From contig DATDJD010000375.1 in the NCBI GenBank assembly GCA_036520695.1, forward strand, positions 1 to 47,275: a DNA stretch of 47,275 nucleotides, given 5' to 3'. A program made the position numbers and the translations under genes. This document shows positions 7,066-16,670 of this stretch, one piece after another (the stretch's first letter is position 1; each line of letters starts with the position of its first letter). The notes beneath the pieces are model-generated. The model was not told the DNA's origin, made no database searches, and saw only the letters and a program-made list of their open reading frames with translations. The stretch comes from Actinomycetota bacterium (GTDB lineage Bacteria > Actinomycetota > UBA4738 > HRBIN12).

Positions 7066-9216
7066 ATGGCCGGAGCCAACATCGGGGATCTGCTGATGCG
7101 AGTGGTGGCGGACCTGAAGGGGTTCTCCACCAGCATCGAGGTAGCTGGTGCCAAGGCCGGAGACAAGGCCGGAGCAGCGACTGGCAAGAGCTTCGGCTCG
7201 AAGTTCACTAAGACCCTGAAGGGCGGCTTGAAGGGCGGGATCCTTCAAGGCCTCGGCTTGGGGGTCGGGATCGGTGCGGTCGGTGCGGCGACGGCTGCCA
7301 TCGGGGCCATCGGTAGTGCGTTGAAGGGTGCGATCGACGATGCCATCGCGTTCGAGCGGGCCATGGCCAACGTCAACTCCATCGCCAAGTTCACCGATCA
7401 GGAGCTGGCCGAGGCTTCCGCGGCGGTCATCGAGTTGTCGAAGGAGTTCGGGCAGTCGGCCCTGACGATGGCGGAGGGGTTGTACGACATCACCTCGTCC
7501 GGGTTCGAAGGAGCCGAGGCGCTGCAAGTCCTGGAAGCTGCCAGCTTGGCGGCGACGGCAGGCCTGTCCGACACCGCGACGGCTTCGAGCGGGATCGCGG
7601 CGGTCCTGAATGCCTACGGCCTGAGCGCCGAGGAGGCCACGCGGGTCTCGGACATCATGTTCCAGACGGTCAATCGGGGCGTCATCACCTTCCCGGAACT
7701 GGCCGACCAGATCGGCAAGACCACCGCGCTGTCCGCACCGTTGGGCGTCTCGTTGGAGGAGGTCGCTGCGGCGGTGTCCCTGATGACCCGCAACGGCGTC
7801 GGGGCAGAGGAGACGTTCACCCAGATCAACGCGGTCATGAACTCGATGCTGAAGCCGTCGCAGGAGGCGGCAGAACTGGCGGCGGATCTTGGACTGGAAT
7901 GGGACGCTACCGCGCTGCGCACCAATGGGCTGGTCGGTCAGGTGCAGAAGCTCATCGTCGCCACGGGCGGTTCGCACGAGAAGATGGCGACACTGCTGGG
8001 TGACAGCCGCGCGATCCGGGGCGCGTTCGTCTTGGCCAAGGATGCTGGCGAGGAGTTCAGCACCGAGTTGGGCATCATGGAAGAGTCCGCGGGTGCGGCG
8101 GGTGCCGCGTTCGCTGTTCAGGCTGACACGGTCGACTTCAAGGTGAAGCAGACGGAGGCCGCGATCGGGGCATTCTCGACGCAGATGGGTACCCAGTTCA
8201 TCCTCGGCTTGGGCGCGTTCCTGGAGTTCTTGGACGAGGCCGCGACAGGTATCTCCGATTTCTTGGACTTCGTCACTCCCTGGGACGAGTACATGACGGT
8301 GGCCGAGGAGAAGGCCAAGGCCATGGCTCACACCGTCTCCGAGGAGGTCCGGCACAACCTGAAGGGGCCGGTCACGACGGCTCTGGAGGATACCGGCGCA
8401 GCCGCGGGCAACATGGCGCAGGAGTTCGACGATGCCGCGACTGACACCGTCGAGTCCTTCCAGCAGATGGTCGATCGGTTGACGCAGGAGGCCGACCGGC
8501 TGATCGACGACGTGCACGACCCGGCCATCCAAGCAGCCGAGCTGGTTGCCAAGGAGGAGGAACTGGCGGCGCTCGAGCGGATCGCCACCGCGGAGGGTGT
8601 GTCGGAGGCGTTCAAGGAACAGGCGCTGGCGGATGCGGATACGGACAAGGAACGCAAGGCCGCGCGCAAGCTGGTGACGGACGAGGAGATCGCGGACGCC
8701 GAGCGCCGGAAGCTGGAGGTCGCCAAGCAGTACGACGAGCTGCGCCTGGAGATGTTGACGTCGGGCAACCTGACGGCTAAGGATACGGACAAGTGGCTCG
8801 GTCAGTTGGAAGAGGACTACCGCACCGCTACCGGCAAGGCCAAGAAGAAGATCGGCGAGCTGATCGCGAAGATCAAAGAGCTGCGGGGCCAAGCTGCCAA
8901 GGGCATCACGGTCCGGATCACCTTTGGGAAGTATGAAGGCAAGTCGCTCGGTGAGGAACGAAGAGCCTCGGGTGGACCGATGAAGGAGGGTAAGCCGTAC
9001 CTCGTCGGCGAGGAAGGTCCGGAGCTGATGTTCCCGGACACCTCCGGGTTCCTGGCCAATGCGTCGCAGACCGCGGCCATGATGGACGGATCCTCGGGTG
9101 GTTCTGCGGGTGGTAACACCTACCAGGTAGCGCTGCCGGAGACGGTCAGCTACGAGAGTCCGCGCGATGTCATCGACGCGATGAAGATGCTGGGTGAGCG
9201 GGGGTATATGGGCTGA
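7066..9216 (+). CDS. tape measure protein
   Basis: 716 aa, the longest gene. It has a Gly/Ala-rich hydrophobic stretch (GLGLGVGIGAVGAATAAIGAIG) and a long Ala/Glu-rich helical body, and follows the chaperone pair. Confidence 0.9.
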   Translation: MAGANIGDLLMRVVADLKGFSTSIEVAGAKAGDKAGAATGKSFGSKFTKTLKGGLKGGILQGLGLGVGIGAVGAATAAIGAIGSALKGAIDDAIAFERAMANVNSIAKFTDQELAEASAAVIELSKEFGQSALTMAEGLYDITSSGFEGAEALQVLEAASLAATAGLSDTATASSGIAAVLNAYGLSAEEATRVSDIMFQTVNRGVITFPELADQIGKTTALSAPLGVSLEEVAAAVSLMTRNGVGAEETFTQINAVMNSMLKPSQEAAELAADLGLEWDATALRTNGLVGQVQKLIVATGGSHEKMATLLGDSRAIRGAFVLAKDAGEEFSTELGIMEESAGAAGAAFAVQADTVDFKVKQTEAAIGAFSTQMGTQFILGLGAFLEFLDEAATGISDFLDFVTPWDEYMTVAEEKAKAMAHTVSEEVRHNLKGPVTTALEDTGAAAGNMAQEFDDAATDTVESFQQMVDRLTQEADRLIDDVHDPAIQAAELVAKEEELAALERIATAEGVSEAFKEQALADADTDKERKAARKLVTDEEIADAERRKLEVAKQYDELRLEMLTSGNLTAKDTDKWLGQLEEDYRTATGKAKKKIGELIAKIKELRGQAAKGITVRITFGKYEGKSLGEERRASGGPMKEGKPYLVGEEGPELMFPDTSGFLANASQTAAMMDGSSGGSAGGNTYQVALPETVSYESPRDVIDAMKMLGERGYMG

Positions 9217-9689
9217 TGCCATCCACCATCGCGCTCATCACCGGGTTGGTCTACGGCGGAGTGGACCTGCAAGACCTGAGCGCGGGCCATCTGCGGATCT
9301 TCTTCGAGATCCGGGCAGGGCGTCCGTTCGACACCCCCGAGGTGCGCGGCGACGACCGAACGGTGCCCTATCGCGAAGGGCAATACTACGGGCCGAAGCG
9401 GTTCGACCGGCTGCCGATCCTGCTGGTGGGGTTCGTTGCTGGGGAAGGGTCGGATGAGGCGAGCCAGCGTTCGGACACTGCGGCGGCGCGGTGGGAGATG
9501 CGCACGTTGTTCGACCCGACTGCTGGTGAGCAGGTGATGACGTGCACCACCGAGGACGGTACGGACTGGACCATCAACCCTTACCCGGAGGCGCTCATCT
9601 GGGATGAGGTGCCACCGGCCACGACGCATTGGGGCGCGAGCGTGCGGTTGATGGCAATCGACCCGCCCTACTGGACGGCAGGCTCATGA
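9216..9689 (+). CDS. minor tail protein (distal tail protein position)
   Basis: Its ATG shares 1 nt with the tape measure stop; 157 aa. First gene after the tape measure. Confidence 0.5.
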   Translation: MPSTIALITGLVYGGVDLQDLSAGHLRIFFEIRAGRPFDTPEVRGDDRTVPYREGQYYGPKRFDRLPILLVGFVAGEGSDEASQRSDTAAARWEMRTLFDPTAGEQVMTCTTEDGTDWTINPYPEALIWDEVPPATTHWGASVRLMAIDPPYWTAGS

Positions 9690-11389
9690 GCGACGATCCT
9701 ACCGGCACGGTCGTGGTGGTGGAGATATTCACCCCGGACGACTACGCGACCCCGTACCTGACGTTCACCGACGGCTCGCTGTTCGCTGGTCCGCTGTTCC
9801 GCGACGCGGAGAACGAACTGGGGACCGTTGGGCCGTTCGCGATCCGGCGCGACCATCCGAACGCGGCGGAGATCCTGACCGGCTCGTACGTGAAGATCAC
9901 CATCCCCGCGGTCGATGCGGACCCGATCATGGGTGGCTGGCTGGACGAGGGCTACGAGACCCTTATCGGCACGGCGGAGGAGTCGTCCGAGATCGTCGTG
10001 CGCGGCGGGCCAGGGGTCATCAGCGTCCTGCGGCATATGCGGCTGCTCGACGAGAACTACGCGCCCGCGCCACCGGCGTCCGAGTTCCGCGGCAACTACA
10101 ACGTCGAGGGCAAGTGGACCTGGGAGAACGAACCCTTCGGAGCGATCCTGACCCGGGTCATCGAGGAGGGCCAGTCCGAGCCAGGCGTGCCGCTCGACGG
10201 CATCTCCATCGACTTCGACCGGACCGACGACACTGACTCCGATCCGTGGGCATCGTTCGTCGGCATCGTCGAGATGGACATCGGTACCGATGGCCTGGCA
10301 GCGTATTCGACGCTGGTTGCTTCCGGCGATCTGTACGTGCGCCCGACCCCCGAGCTGCTGATCCACGCCTACGGCACCCAGGCCTACGGCGTCGACCGAA
10401 CGTCAACGACCTTCGGCACTGGCAAGGTGCGGTTCGTCAAAGGCGTCAACATCTTGGACGGCTTGGACCGGGACGCAGCTGAGAGCGCCGGAGTCCGTGC
10501 GGCGGTGGGGCGCGGTGCACCGAGCGGATCGCTGCCGGTCGCCAAGGGCGGACGTGGGACTCCGGCGGGTTCGTTGCCGGTAGGCAGCAGTCGGGGAACG
10601 CTGCCTGGCTCCCACGCCGGAAGGGGCACGTTGCCGGTGCGCGACAACACCCACGCGACGCACGCGCTGGTCGAGGGCAAGGATCGGGTCTACCGGCAGG
10701 TGGTCAGTCCGCTGTACTCGACCGGTCGTGGTCGGTGGTCGAAGGTTCCGTACTACGAGAGCAACGATGAACCGCTGCTCGACTCGGTCGGCACGGAGAA
10801 CCTGCGCCGCGGAGCGCTGAGCCGCGAGGCCATCGTGCTCGAGATCCTGGCTGGTAACGACCAGGCGACCGGGTTGTACCTGCCGTACACTCACTTCGCG
10901 ATCGGTGACATCGTGACGCTGCACACCGGCACGGAGGAAGCCGATTACAACAACCAGGACGTCCGCGTCACGGGCATCACGTGTGTCCTGCTCGACGCCA
11001 GCGACGACAGCACCACGGATCTTGCGATGCGCTCGCTGAAGTGGATCATCGAACTGAACGGCGCTGGCCCGAGTGCCAGTGTCCGCACCCCGACGGCGAC
11101 CGTGACACCGGCTGGTACACCGGGCGGCGCTCGTGCTGGCGTCGGGGTTGCGCCGGGCGACTCGCCGACCATCAACGTCGGGGCTGACGAGGTCCTGCTC
11201 ATCTGGCCCGCGGCCGAGGGGATCAGCGTGTCGGACGGCACGCTGGTGGATACCTACAGCATCAACTACGACTTCGCCGGGGTCTACGTGAACGGTCCGG
11301 CCACGCTGGTCATCTCGCAGGTCAGCGTTGATGAGTTCTATTTCTGGATCGTCGTTAAGGGCAACGGCGCGACGGCGACAGGTGGCTAG
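9686..11389 (+). CDS. minor tail protein (tail-associated / Tal position)
   Basis: ATGA overlap start; 567 aa. Second gene after the tape measure. Contains an internal short repeat (GRGAPSGSLPV / GRGTPAGSLPV / SRGTLPG / GRGTLPV). Confidence 0.55.
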   Translation: MSDDPTGTVVVVEIFTPDDYATPYLTFTDGSLFAGPLFRDAENELGTVGPFAIRRDHPNAAEILTGSYVKITIPAVDADPIMGGWLDEGYETLIGTAEESSEIVVRGGPGVISVLRHMRLLDENYAPAPPASEFRGNYNVEGKWTWENEPFGAILTRVIEEGQSEPGVPLDGISIDFDRTDDTDSDPWASFVGIVEMDIGTDGLAAYSTLVASGDLYVRPTPELLIHAYGTQAYGVDRTSTTFGTGKVRFVKGVNILDGLDRDAAESAGVRAAVGRGAPSGSLPVAKGGRGTPAGSLPVGSSRGTLPGSHAGRGTLPVRDNTHATHALVEGKDRVYRQVVSPLYSTGRGRWSKVPYYESNDEPLLDSVGTENLRRGALSREAIVLEILAGNDQATGLYLPYTHFAIGDIVTLHTGTEEADYNNQDVRVTGITCVLLDASDDSTTDLAMRSLKWIIELNGAGPSASVRTPTATVTPAGTPGGARAGVGVAPGDSPTINVGADEVLLIWPAAEGISVSDGTLVDTYSINYDFAGVYVNGPATLVISQVSVDEFYFWIVVKGNGATATGG

Positions 11390-11428
11390 GCGCGTAAGAT
11401 TGGCAACAGGTAGCAGGAGGATCGAACC

Positions 11429-12040
11429 GTGAGTCTGTTCTGGACCGAGACGGCACTCGGCATCATGTTGGACGCAGCCATGGATGGAGACAACCCGTCC
11501 GTCTCCGTCACCCACGTCGGCGCATACGACGCTGGCACCGCACTCACCTCCGTCACGGGCGTCGCCTCGACGGACGTGTTTACCAAGACCTCGCACGGCA
11601 TGGCCGATGGGACCGTCGTCAAGCTGACGTCGCTCTCGGGCGGCACCGGGCTGAACGTCAACAAGTGGTATTTCGTCCGCGATCAGGCGGCGAACACCTT
11701 CAAGCTCGCGCCCGTGCCCGCAGGCACGGCGGTCGACTTCTCGGTCGACGTCTCGGCCGTGACCGTGACGCCGTATCTGGAGATCAGTGGCGGCTCGTAC
11801 GCGCGCCAGGTCATCGCGTTCAACGCGGCTGGCACGCACGCGGACGGCGCGACCATCGACGACTCGACCAACGGGGCGGTCATCCCGATCCCGGCTGGTG
11901 CGACCGTCGATGCGATCTCCGGCCACTCGGCGTCGAGCGCAGGGACGCTCCTGTTCTTGGACGACGTCACCCCGGAGGCGTTCGGTGGGGCCGGAACCTA
12001 CACCGTGACCGACGTCGACGGTTCGCTTAGCGTCACCTAG
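11429..12040 (+). CDS. minor tail protein
   Basis: GTG start after RBS gcaggagga; 203 aa. Lies in the tail-tip gene block. Confidence 0.5.
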   Translation: MSLFWTETALGIMLDAAMDGDNPSVSVTHVGAYDAGTALTSVTGVASTDVFTKTSHGMADGTVVKLTSLSGGTGLNVNKWYFVRDQAANTFKLAPVPAGTAVDFSVDVSAVTVTPYLEISGGSYARQVIAFNAAGTHADGATIDDSTNGAVIPIPAGATVDAISGHSASSAGTLLFLDDVTPEAFGGAGTYTVTDVDGSLSVT

Positions 12041-12042
12041 TC

Positions 12043-13341
12043 ATGGCTGACAACGTCACGCTGCCCGGCGACGGGTCGGTCGTCGCCACCGACGACGTCG
12101 GCGGCGCTCAGCACCAGTACGTCAAGGTCGAGTTCGGGGCCGACGGCACAGCCACCCCGGTCTCCAGCGCTGACCCGCTGCCGGTGCAGCTTGTCGATGC
12201 CGGAGGCGACCCGTTCGATGTGTTGGGCACGGGCGCGTTGCTCGTGAGCCACGACGGCTCCGTGACCGTGGAGGCCCCAGCCCTCGATTACACGGAAGGT
12301 GCCGAGGAAGCATCGGGCATCAAAGGCATCGTGCCGATGTGGCGCGACGGGGACGATCTGCTCCAGGTCATCTCGGTCGGTAATCCGCTGCCGGTCGAGA
12401 TCCAGGGGACACCTGTCGACGTCAACCTCTCAGCGTCCTCGACCACGATCGGCGTGGACGTCGAAACCTCGGCGCTCCCGAACGGCGCTGCGACCCTGGC
12501 GAAGCAGGACACCATCATCGGCCACGTCGACGGCATCGAGGCGCTACTCGGGACGATCGACGCGGATACGGGCAACATCGCGACGGCTGACGCAGCGATC
12601 CAGACCGCGGTCCAGATCATGGACGATTGGGACGAGTCCGACCGAGCCAAGGTCAACCCGATCGTCGGCCAGGCGGGCGTGCAGGGCGCTTCAGGGGCGG
12701 TGTCCGCCACCACCCAACGGGTCGTCCTCGCGACCGACGTCGCGCTGCCTGCCGGGACCAACAACATCGGCGACGTCGATGTTCTGACGCTCCCGGCCAG
12801 CACCAACACCATCGAGGTCGTCGGGGACGTCGCGCAGGACGTCGCGGTGGCGGGCAACCCGGTCCTGGTCGGGATGCGTGCCTCGACCGCGATCCCGACC
12901 GCGATGTCCGCGGACGGGCGGGCGGTCCATCCGTGGGCCAACCGGAACGGCGCGCAGGTGGTCACGACCGCGCCGCACATCGGCCTCAACTCCGACCCGT
13001 GGAACCTCGTCCACGAGACGGCGCAGTACACGACGACCCAGACCAGCACGGTCCTGGTCGCGGGCGGCGCGTCCGAGAAGATCGTCGTGACCAAGGTGCA
13101 GATCCAAGTCGGCGGGACGACGGCGGGCACGTTGCAGCTGTACTTCGGGACGGGCGCGTACTCCCGCGGTACCAGCAGGGCGATCTTTGACGGCGAGTTC
13201 AAGCCCAGCACGACACTCGCACCCGGCGTCGTCATGGACGGTCCGTTCATCGCGGGCACCAACGGCGACGACTTGATGGTGACGGACTCGGCGGCGATCA
13301 ACCCGCTGACGATCACCGTCTGGTACTACGTCATCACGTAA
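12043..13341 (+). CDS. minor tail / fibre protein
   Basis: 432 aa, with a Gly/Thr/Val-rich beta-type composition. Lies in the tail-tip block. Confidence 0.5.
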   Translation: MADNVTLPGDGSVVATDDVGGAQHQYVKVEFGADGTATPVSSADPLPVQLVDAGGDPFDVLGTGALLVSHDGSVTVEAPALDYTEGAEEASGIKGIVPMWRDGDDLLQVISVGNPLPVEIQGTPVDVNLSASSTTIGVDVETSALPNGAATLAKQDTIIGHVDGIEALLGTIDADTGNIATADAAIQTAVQIMDDWDESDRAKVNPIVGQAGVQGASGAVSATTQRVVLATDVALPAGTNNIGDVDVLTLPASTNTIEVVGDVAQDVAVAGNPVLVGMRASTAIPTAMSADGRAVHPWANRNGAQVVTTAPHIGLNSDPWNLVHETAQYTTTQTSTVLVAGGASEKIVVTKVQIQVGGTTAGTLQLYFGTGAYSRGTSRAIFDGEFKPSTTLAPGVVMDGPFIAGTNGDDLMVTDSAAINPLTITVWYYVIT

Positions 13342-14042
13342 TGGCAGCCACGGCGCTCGCCGGTACCACCGGGGCCGTCAGCGACGCTACCCCGACCCTG
13401 ACGCTCAAGACGGGCGGCGGGGCAGTCTCGGCGGGCGACCTGTGCGTCGCGTTCCTCGGCTACGACAACGCGATCACGGTCAGCGATGCCGTTGGCTTCA
13501 CGCCACTCGTCGGCGCGACGTTCACGGGTGGGATCGCACACATCCTGTACAAGAACTGCGCTGGCGGCGAGACGACGTGGACCCCGACGATGTCGGCGGG
13601 CGAGCGAGCAGAGTGGGTCGTCGTCCATATCCCCGCCGGAGAGTGGCACGGGACGACGGTTCCGGAGATCAACACGGTCGCCACTGGCAGCAGCACGACC
13701 CCTAATCCTGGCAACGCGACGCCGTCGTGGGGCACGGACAGCGGCGTCGCGACGCTGTACATCGCGTCGTGCTTCGCGGACGACTCCGCGACCCCATTCC
13801 CGATCACCGGCTGGCCGACCAACTACGGACTCATCAACGTCGAGTCGGCAGGTGACGGCACAGCGTCCGCGTGCGATGTGGCGGTTGCGGGCCGGTCCGT
13901 CAGCGCGGCCAGCGACGACGCGCCCGCGTTCACGATGACTTCGACCGAGACGTGGGCAGCGTACACGGTCATGGTCCGCGGTCCGGCTGCGGCTGGCGGC
14001 GACACGCTGGTGCCCATCATCGGGGCGGGGTACTACTGGTGA
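13341..14042 (+). CDS. minor tail protein
   Basis: Its ATG shares 1 nt with the upstream TAA stop; 233 aa. Confidence 0.45.
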   Translation: MAATALAGTTGAVSDATPTLTLKTGGGAVSAGDLCVAFLGYDNAITVSDAVGFTPLVGATFTGGIAHILYKNCAGGETTWTPTMSAGERAEWVVVHIPAGEWHGTTVPEINTVATGSSTTPNPGNATPSWGTDSGVATLYIASCFADDSATPFPITGWPTNYGLINVESAGDGTASACDVAVAGRSVSAASDDAPAFTMTSTETWAAYTVMVRGPAAAGGDTLVPIIGAGYYW

Positions 14043-14058
14043 ACCTACCGGGCGAGCC

Positions 14059-15600
14059 GTGAGCCTGCTCCTCCTCTTCCAAGGCGGCGTCGAGTCGTGC
14101 GACGAGGGGTTTCAAGGGGATGCGTTCCAAGACGACGCGTTCCAGATGTGCGTCGAGGCGGATCGCTCTGCCTCGGGATCGGCCACCGGCTCCGGCGACA
14201 CAACCGGTGCGAAGCAAGCCAGCGGATCCGCCTCCGGTTCGGCGTCTGTCTCTGGTGATACAGCGGGCCAGAAGCTCGCTGCCGGGACCGCGTCCGGCAC
14301 GGGCGGATCGTCGGGCCAGGCGACCGGTTCCAAGCAAGCTGCGTCGGTCGCGGACGGCTCCGGCTCCGGTTCGGGTTCCGGCTCCGGGACTGGAGGCCAC
14401 GCTGGCGCGGTAGCAGGCTCCGCTACGGCCTCCGGCGATACGAGCGGGGCCAAGGCCGCGAGTGGAACGGCCAGCGGCTCAGCGACCGTTTCAGGGGCGG
14501 TCACGGGCGAGAAGAATGCGGCCTCGGCTGTCTCCGGCTCCGGCTCCGGCTCCGGCTCGGCCAGCGGCGAGGAGGGCCACCCGGCGATCGTCGAAGGTTC
14601 CGCATCCGCGAGTGGCGCGGTCACCGGTGACAAGGCAGCCTCGTCGGCAGTCTCGGGCTCCGGCTCCGGGTCGGGCGAGGTCAACGGCCAGGAGGGTGCG
14701 TCGAACGTCATCGACGGGTCGGCTTCCGCCAGCGGCTCGGCAGTGGGCGAGAAGAACGCCTCAGGATCAGCCACAGGCTCCGCAACTACCAGCGGCGAGG
14801 TAGTTGGCGCCAAGCAGGCTAACGGAGCTGTAGCGGGCTCTGGAGCGGGCTCAGGGGAGTCCACTGGGAATGCCTTGCAACTGGCCGACGGGCAAGCCAT
14901 CGGCTCGGCGACGGCTTCCGGGTCTGTCGTCGGGGCCAAGTCGGCCAGCGGGGTCGCGGATGGTAGCTCCGGGACGTCGGGCGCGGTCGTCGGGGAGAAG
15001 GCGGCATCCGGCTCCGGGTCTGGTTCTGGCTCTGGTTCCGGCGAGGTCATCGGGGATGGTGCTCAAGCCGGGATCGCGGAGGGGACTGCCTACGCCAACG
15101 GTGAGGTGGTCGGGTCCAAGCAGGCGTCGTCGTCCGTCTCGGGTTCCGCGACCGGATCGGGTGAGACCGAGACCGAGTCACCCAGCGCAGCAGTCGAAGG
15201 CTCGGCGGGTGCGTCGGGAACGGTCGCCGGGTTCTCTGCACGCGCGTCGATCTCAGACGGCTCCGCGGCATCTGGCGGGACGACGGGCGGCGAGCATCTG
15301 GCGTTCGCCTCCATCGCGGGGCTTGTGGCTGCCACCGGGTTGGTCGCCGGATCGAAGCAGGCCAACGGATCCGCGTCAGGCTCGGCTACGGCAACAGGCT
15401 CGCTTTCCAACATCCCACCGTTCATCTTCCCGCGCGGGATCCGCGGTTCCACCACTGCTCCAGGGCTGGACGGATCGACCCGCGTTCCGGTGCTGGTTGG
15501 AGGCACCATTGCTCCATCCGGCCCGACCGGCTCTACCGAGACTCGTGAGCTGGTCGGTACTACCAGCGGCAACCACCCCACCGGCAACACGGAGGTCTGA
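14059..15600 (+). CDS. Gly/Ser/Ala/Thr-rich decapeptide-repeat fibre protein
   Basis: GTG start; 513 aa. The N-terminus (MSLLLLFQGG) resembles actinophage minor tail proteins. Residues ~37-450 are almost entirely G/S/A/T with a strict 10-residue periodicity. Confidence 0.6.
   Translation: MSLLLLFQGGVESCDEGFQGDAFQDDAFQMCVEADRSASGSATGSGDTTGAKQASGSASGSASVSGDTAGQKLAAGTASGTGGSSGQATGSKQAASVADGSGSGSGSGSGTGGHAGAVAGSATASGDTSGAKAASGTASGSATVSGAVTGEKNAASAVSGSGSGSGSASGEEGHPAIVEGSASASGAVTGDKAASSAVSGSGSGSGEVNGQEGASNVIDGSASASGSAVGEKNASGSATGSATTSGEVVGAKQANGAVAGSGAGSGESTGNALQLADGQAIGSATASGSVVGAKSASGVADGSSGTSGAVVGEKAASGSGSGSGSGSGEVIGDGAQAGIAEGTAYANGEVVGSKQASSSVSGSATGSGETETESPSAAVEGSAGASGTVAGFSARASISDGSAASGGTTGGEHLAFASIAGLVAATGLVAGSKQANGSASGSATATGSLSNIPPFIFPRGIRGSTTAPGLDGSTRVPVLVGGTIAPSGPTGSTETRELVGTTSGNHPTGNTEV
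14167..15408 (+). repeat. about 40 tandem degenerate 30-bp (decapeptide) units, with a 60-bp super-repeat
   Basis: Gly falls at every 10th residue from aa 10 to 270, and the pattern resumes after a 2-residue phase shift. Lys recurs at aa 52, 72, 92, 132, 152, 192, 232, 252, 294, 314 and 354, mostly 20 or 40 aa apart. Confidence 0.8.
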
Positions 15601-15601
15601 C

Positions 15602-15973
15602 ATGGGCGTTCTCACAGTGCGCCAGGGGGACGCCTATCTCGGCGTCCGGCGACTCATCCATACCGTCGTTGACAGCAACGGCGATCCGTACGACCTGACC
15701 GGCATGGAGGCCATGCGGTTCGAGGTGTTCCGACGCTCGACCGCCACAGCACCGCTGGTGGCCAAGGATCTGGACGACGGGATGGAACTGGCGGTCCAAT
15801 CTGGGGCAACGCTGGGGGTGGTCTACGTCGAGCTTCAGCCTGACGACACCGAGGACCTGGACCCCGACGACTTCATGACCTTCGAGGTCGAAGGCACTGA
15901 CACGATCGGGCCGGTCACCCTGGAGTCGGGTCGGTTCGTGTTGCTGGCAGAGCAGATCGTGGAGGGTTCCTGA
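15602..15973 (+). CDS. hypothetical tail-associated protein (Ig-like/BppU-N-like pattern)
   Basis: 123 aa. The pattern RQGDAYL...VVDSNGDPYDLTG...FEV...VYVELQPDDT resembles Ig-like domains of siphophage baseplate or fibre proteins. Confidence 0.45.
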   Translation: MGVLTVRQGDAYLGVRRLIHTVVDSNGDPYDLTGMEAMRFEVFRRSTATAPLVAKDLDDGMELAVQSGATLGVVYVELQPDDTEDLDPDDFMTFEVEGTDTIGPVTLESGRFVLLAEQIVEGS

Positions 15974-16410
15974 TGGCGATCACCCACGCCAAAGTCAGCG
16001 CCAAGTCGGACGGCGGCGATAGCTCGCTGGTCCTGCCGTCGGATTGGAACGACGACCATGTTGCGGATCTGTTGGCCATCGCGAACATTGCTCAGACCAC
16101 TCTGGGGTCGAGTAACACGGAGGTGGACCTCGGGTCGGCGTTCGACTGTGTCGGCGGGACCCTCATCGCGGCCACGATCACCCTGGTTACGGGCGGTCCG
16201 AGCGAGGCCGCGCCGTTCCTGTGGGTCGTCGGTGGCGGCGCTGCGTTCGCGTCTGGGACGTACAAGACCTCGGTCCCGGAAGGCTGGGTCTGGCACTTCG
16301 TCGGAACGGTCCCCGGGTCAGGCACGGTCTCGGTCAAGGCCACTGGCTACCGTTTCGGTGGTAGCGCCGGGGCGATGCGCGGCTTCGCGATCCGCACGTT
16401 GCCAGGCTGA
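15973..16410 (+). CDS. tail fibre-like protein
   Basis: 145 aa. The N-terminal SDWNDDH motif is common at fibre N-termini. Last gene of the late operon. Confidence 0.5.
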   Translation: MAITHAKVSAKSDGGDSSLVLPSDWNDDHVADLLAIANIAQTTLGSSNTEVDLGSAFDCVGGTLIAATITLVTGGPSEAAPFLWVVGGGAAFASGTYKTSVPEGWVWHFVGTVPGSGTVSVKATGYRFGGSAGAMRGFAIRTLPG

Positions 16411-16444
16411 ATGACTGCGACGACGAAGATCGGAGCGTAAACAA

Positions 16445-16478
16445 GGGGGTTTACATATTCGCGCGGATGGCGCATACT
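16445..16478 (+). promoter_or_regulatory. promoter-like motif P1 (GGGGGTTTACA, 17 nt, CATACT)
   Basis: The -35 TTTACA is at 16450-16455, the spacer is 17 nt, and the -10 CATACT is at 16473-16478. It lies in an intergenic gap and is one of six related copies. Confidence 0.6.
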
Positions 16479-16520
16479 TCCGTTGTTGGCCTCGTTCGGA
16501 TGAGGCCCAAGACGGAAGGA

Positions 16521-16670
16521 ATGGAACCACCGATGCGCGATCTTCTTCGGCTCTACCGCTCTTCCCGGCAGCGGAGCCAGCGGCTCTGTTTCCGGTCGTT
16601 CTGCCAACGCCCTTGCCGCGACGATAGCAGTTCGTTCTGCGAGCCGTGCCAGCGCGAGTTCGAGTCGTGA
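16521..16670 (+). CDS. small Cys-rich protein
   Basis: 49 aa (an alternative ATG is at 16533). The leader gacggaaggaatgga is shared with the gene after P4. Carries C...FC..PC...FCEPC. Confidence 0.45.
   Translation: MEPPMRDLLRLYRSSRQRSQRLCFRSFCQRPCRDDSSSFCEPCQREFES

Noticed and set aside
6973-9222. Very long minus-strand ORFs: 749 aa antisense to the tape measure, and similar ones at 900..1886, 10403..11926, 24029..25072, 25859..26887, 39669..40556, 43812..44954 and 45621..47021.
   Set aside because: Their translations are R/G/P/A-rich junk with no motifs. Each lies exactly antisense to a + strand gene with strong motifs and high GC3. Long antisense ORFs are expected in high-GC DNA.
14112-15050. 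A minus-strand 312-aa ORF rich in PEPEPE repeats.
   Set aside because: It is the mirror image of the + strand Gly/Ser repeat gene. The + strand gene has a start, tail-gene context and an N-terminal non-repeat domain.
16467-16520. An upstream ATG (16467) extending the first early ORF, and similarly ATG 31433 for the gene after P4.
   Set aside because: These starts lie inside or immediately next to the proposed -10 elements. They would sit upstream of the predicted transcription start. Downstream in-frame ATGs with a GGAAGGA RBS were preferred.
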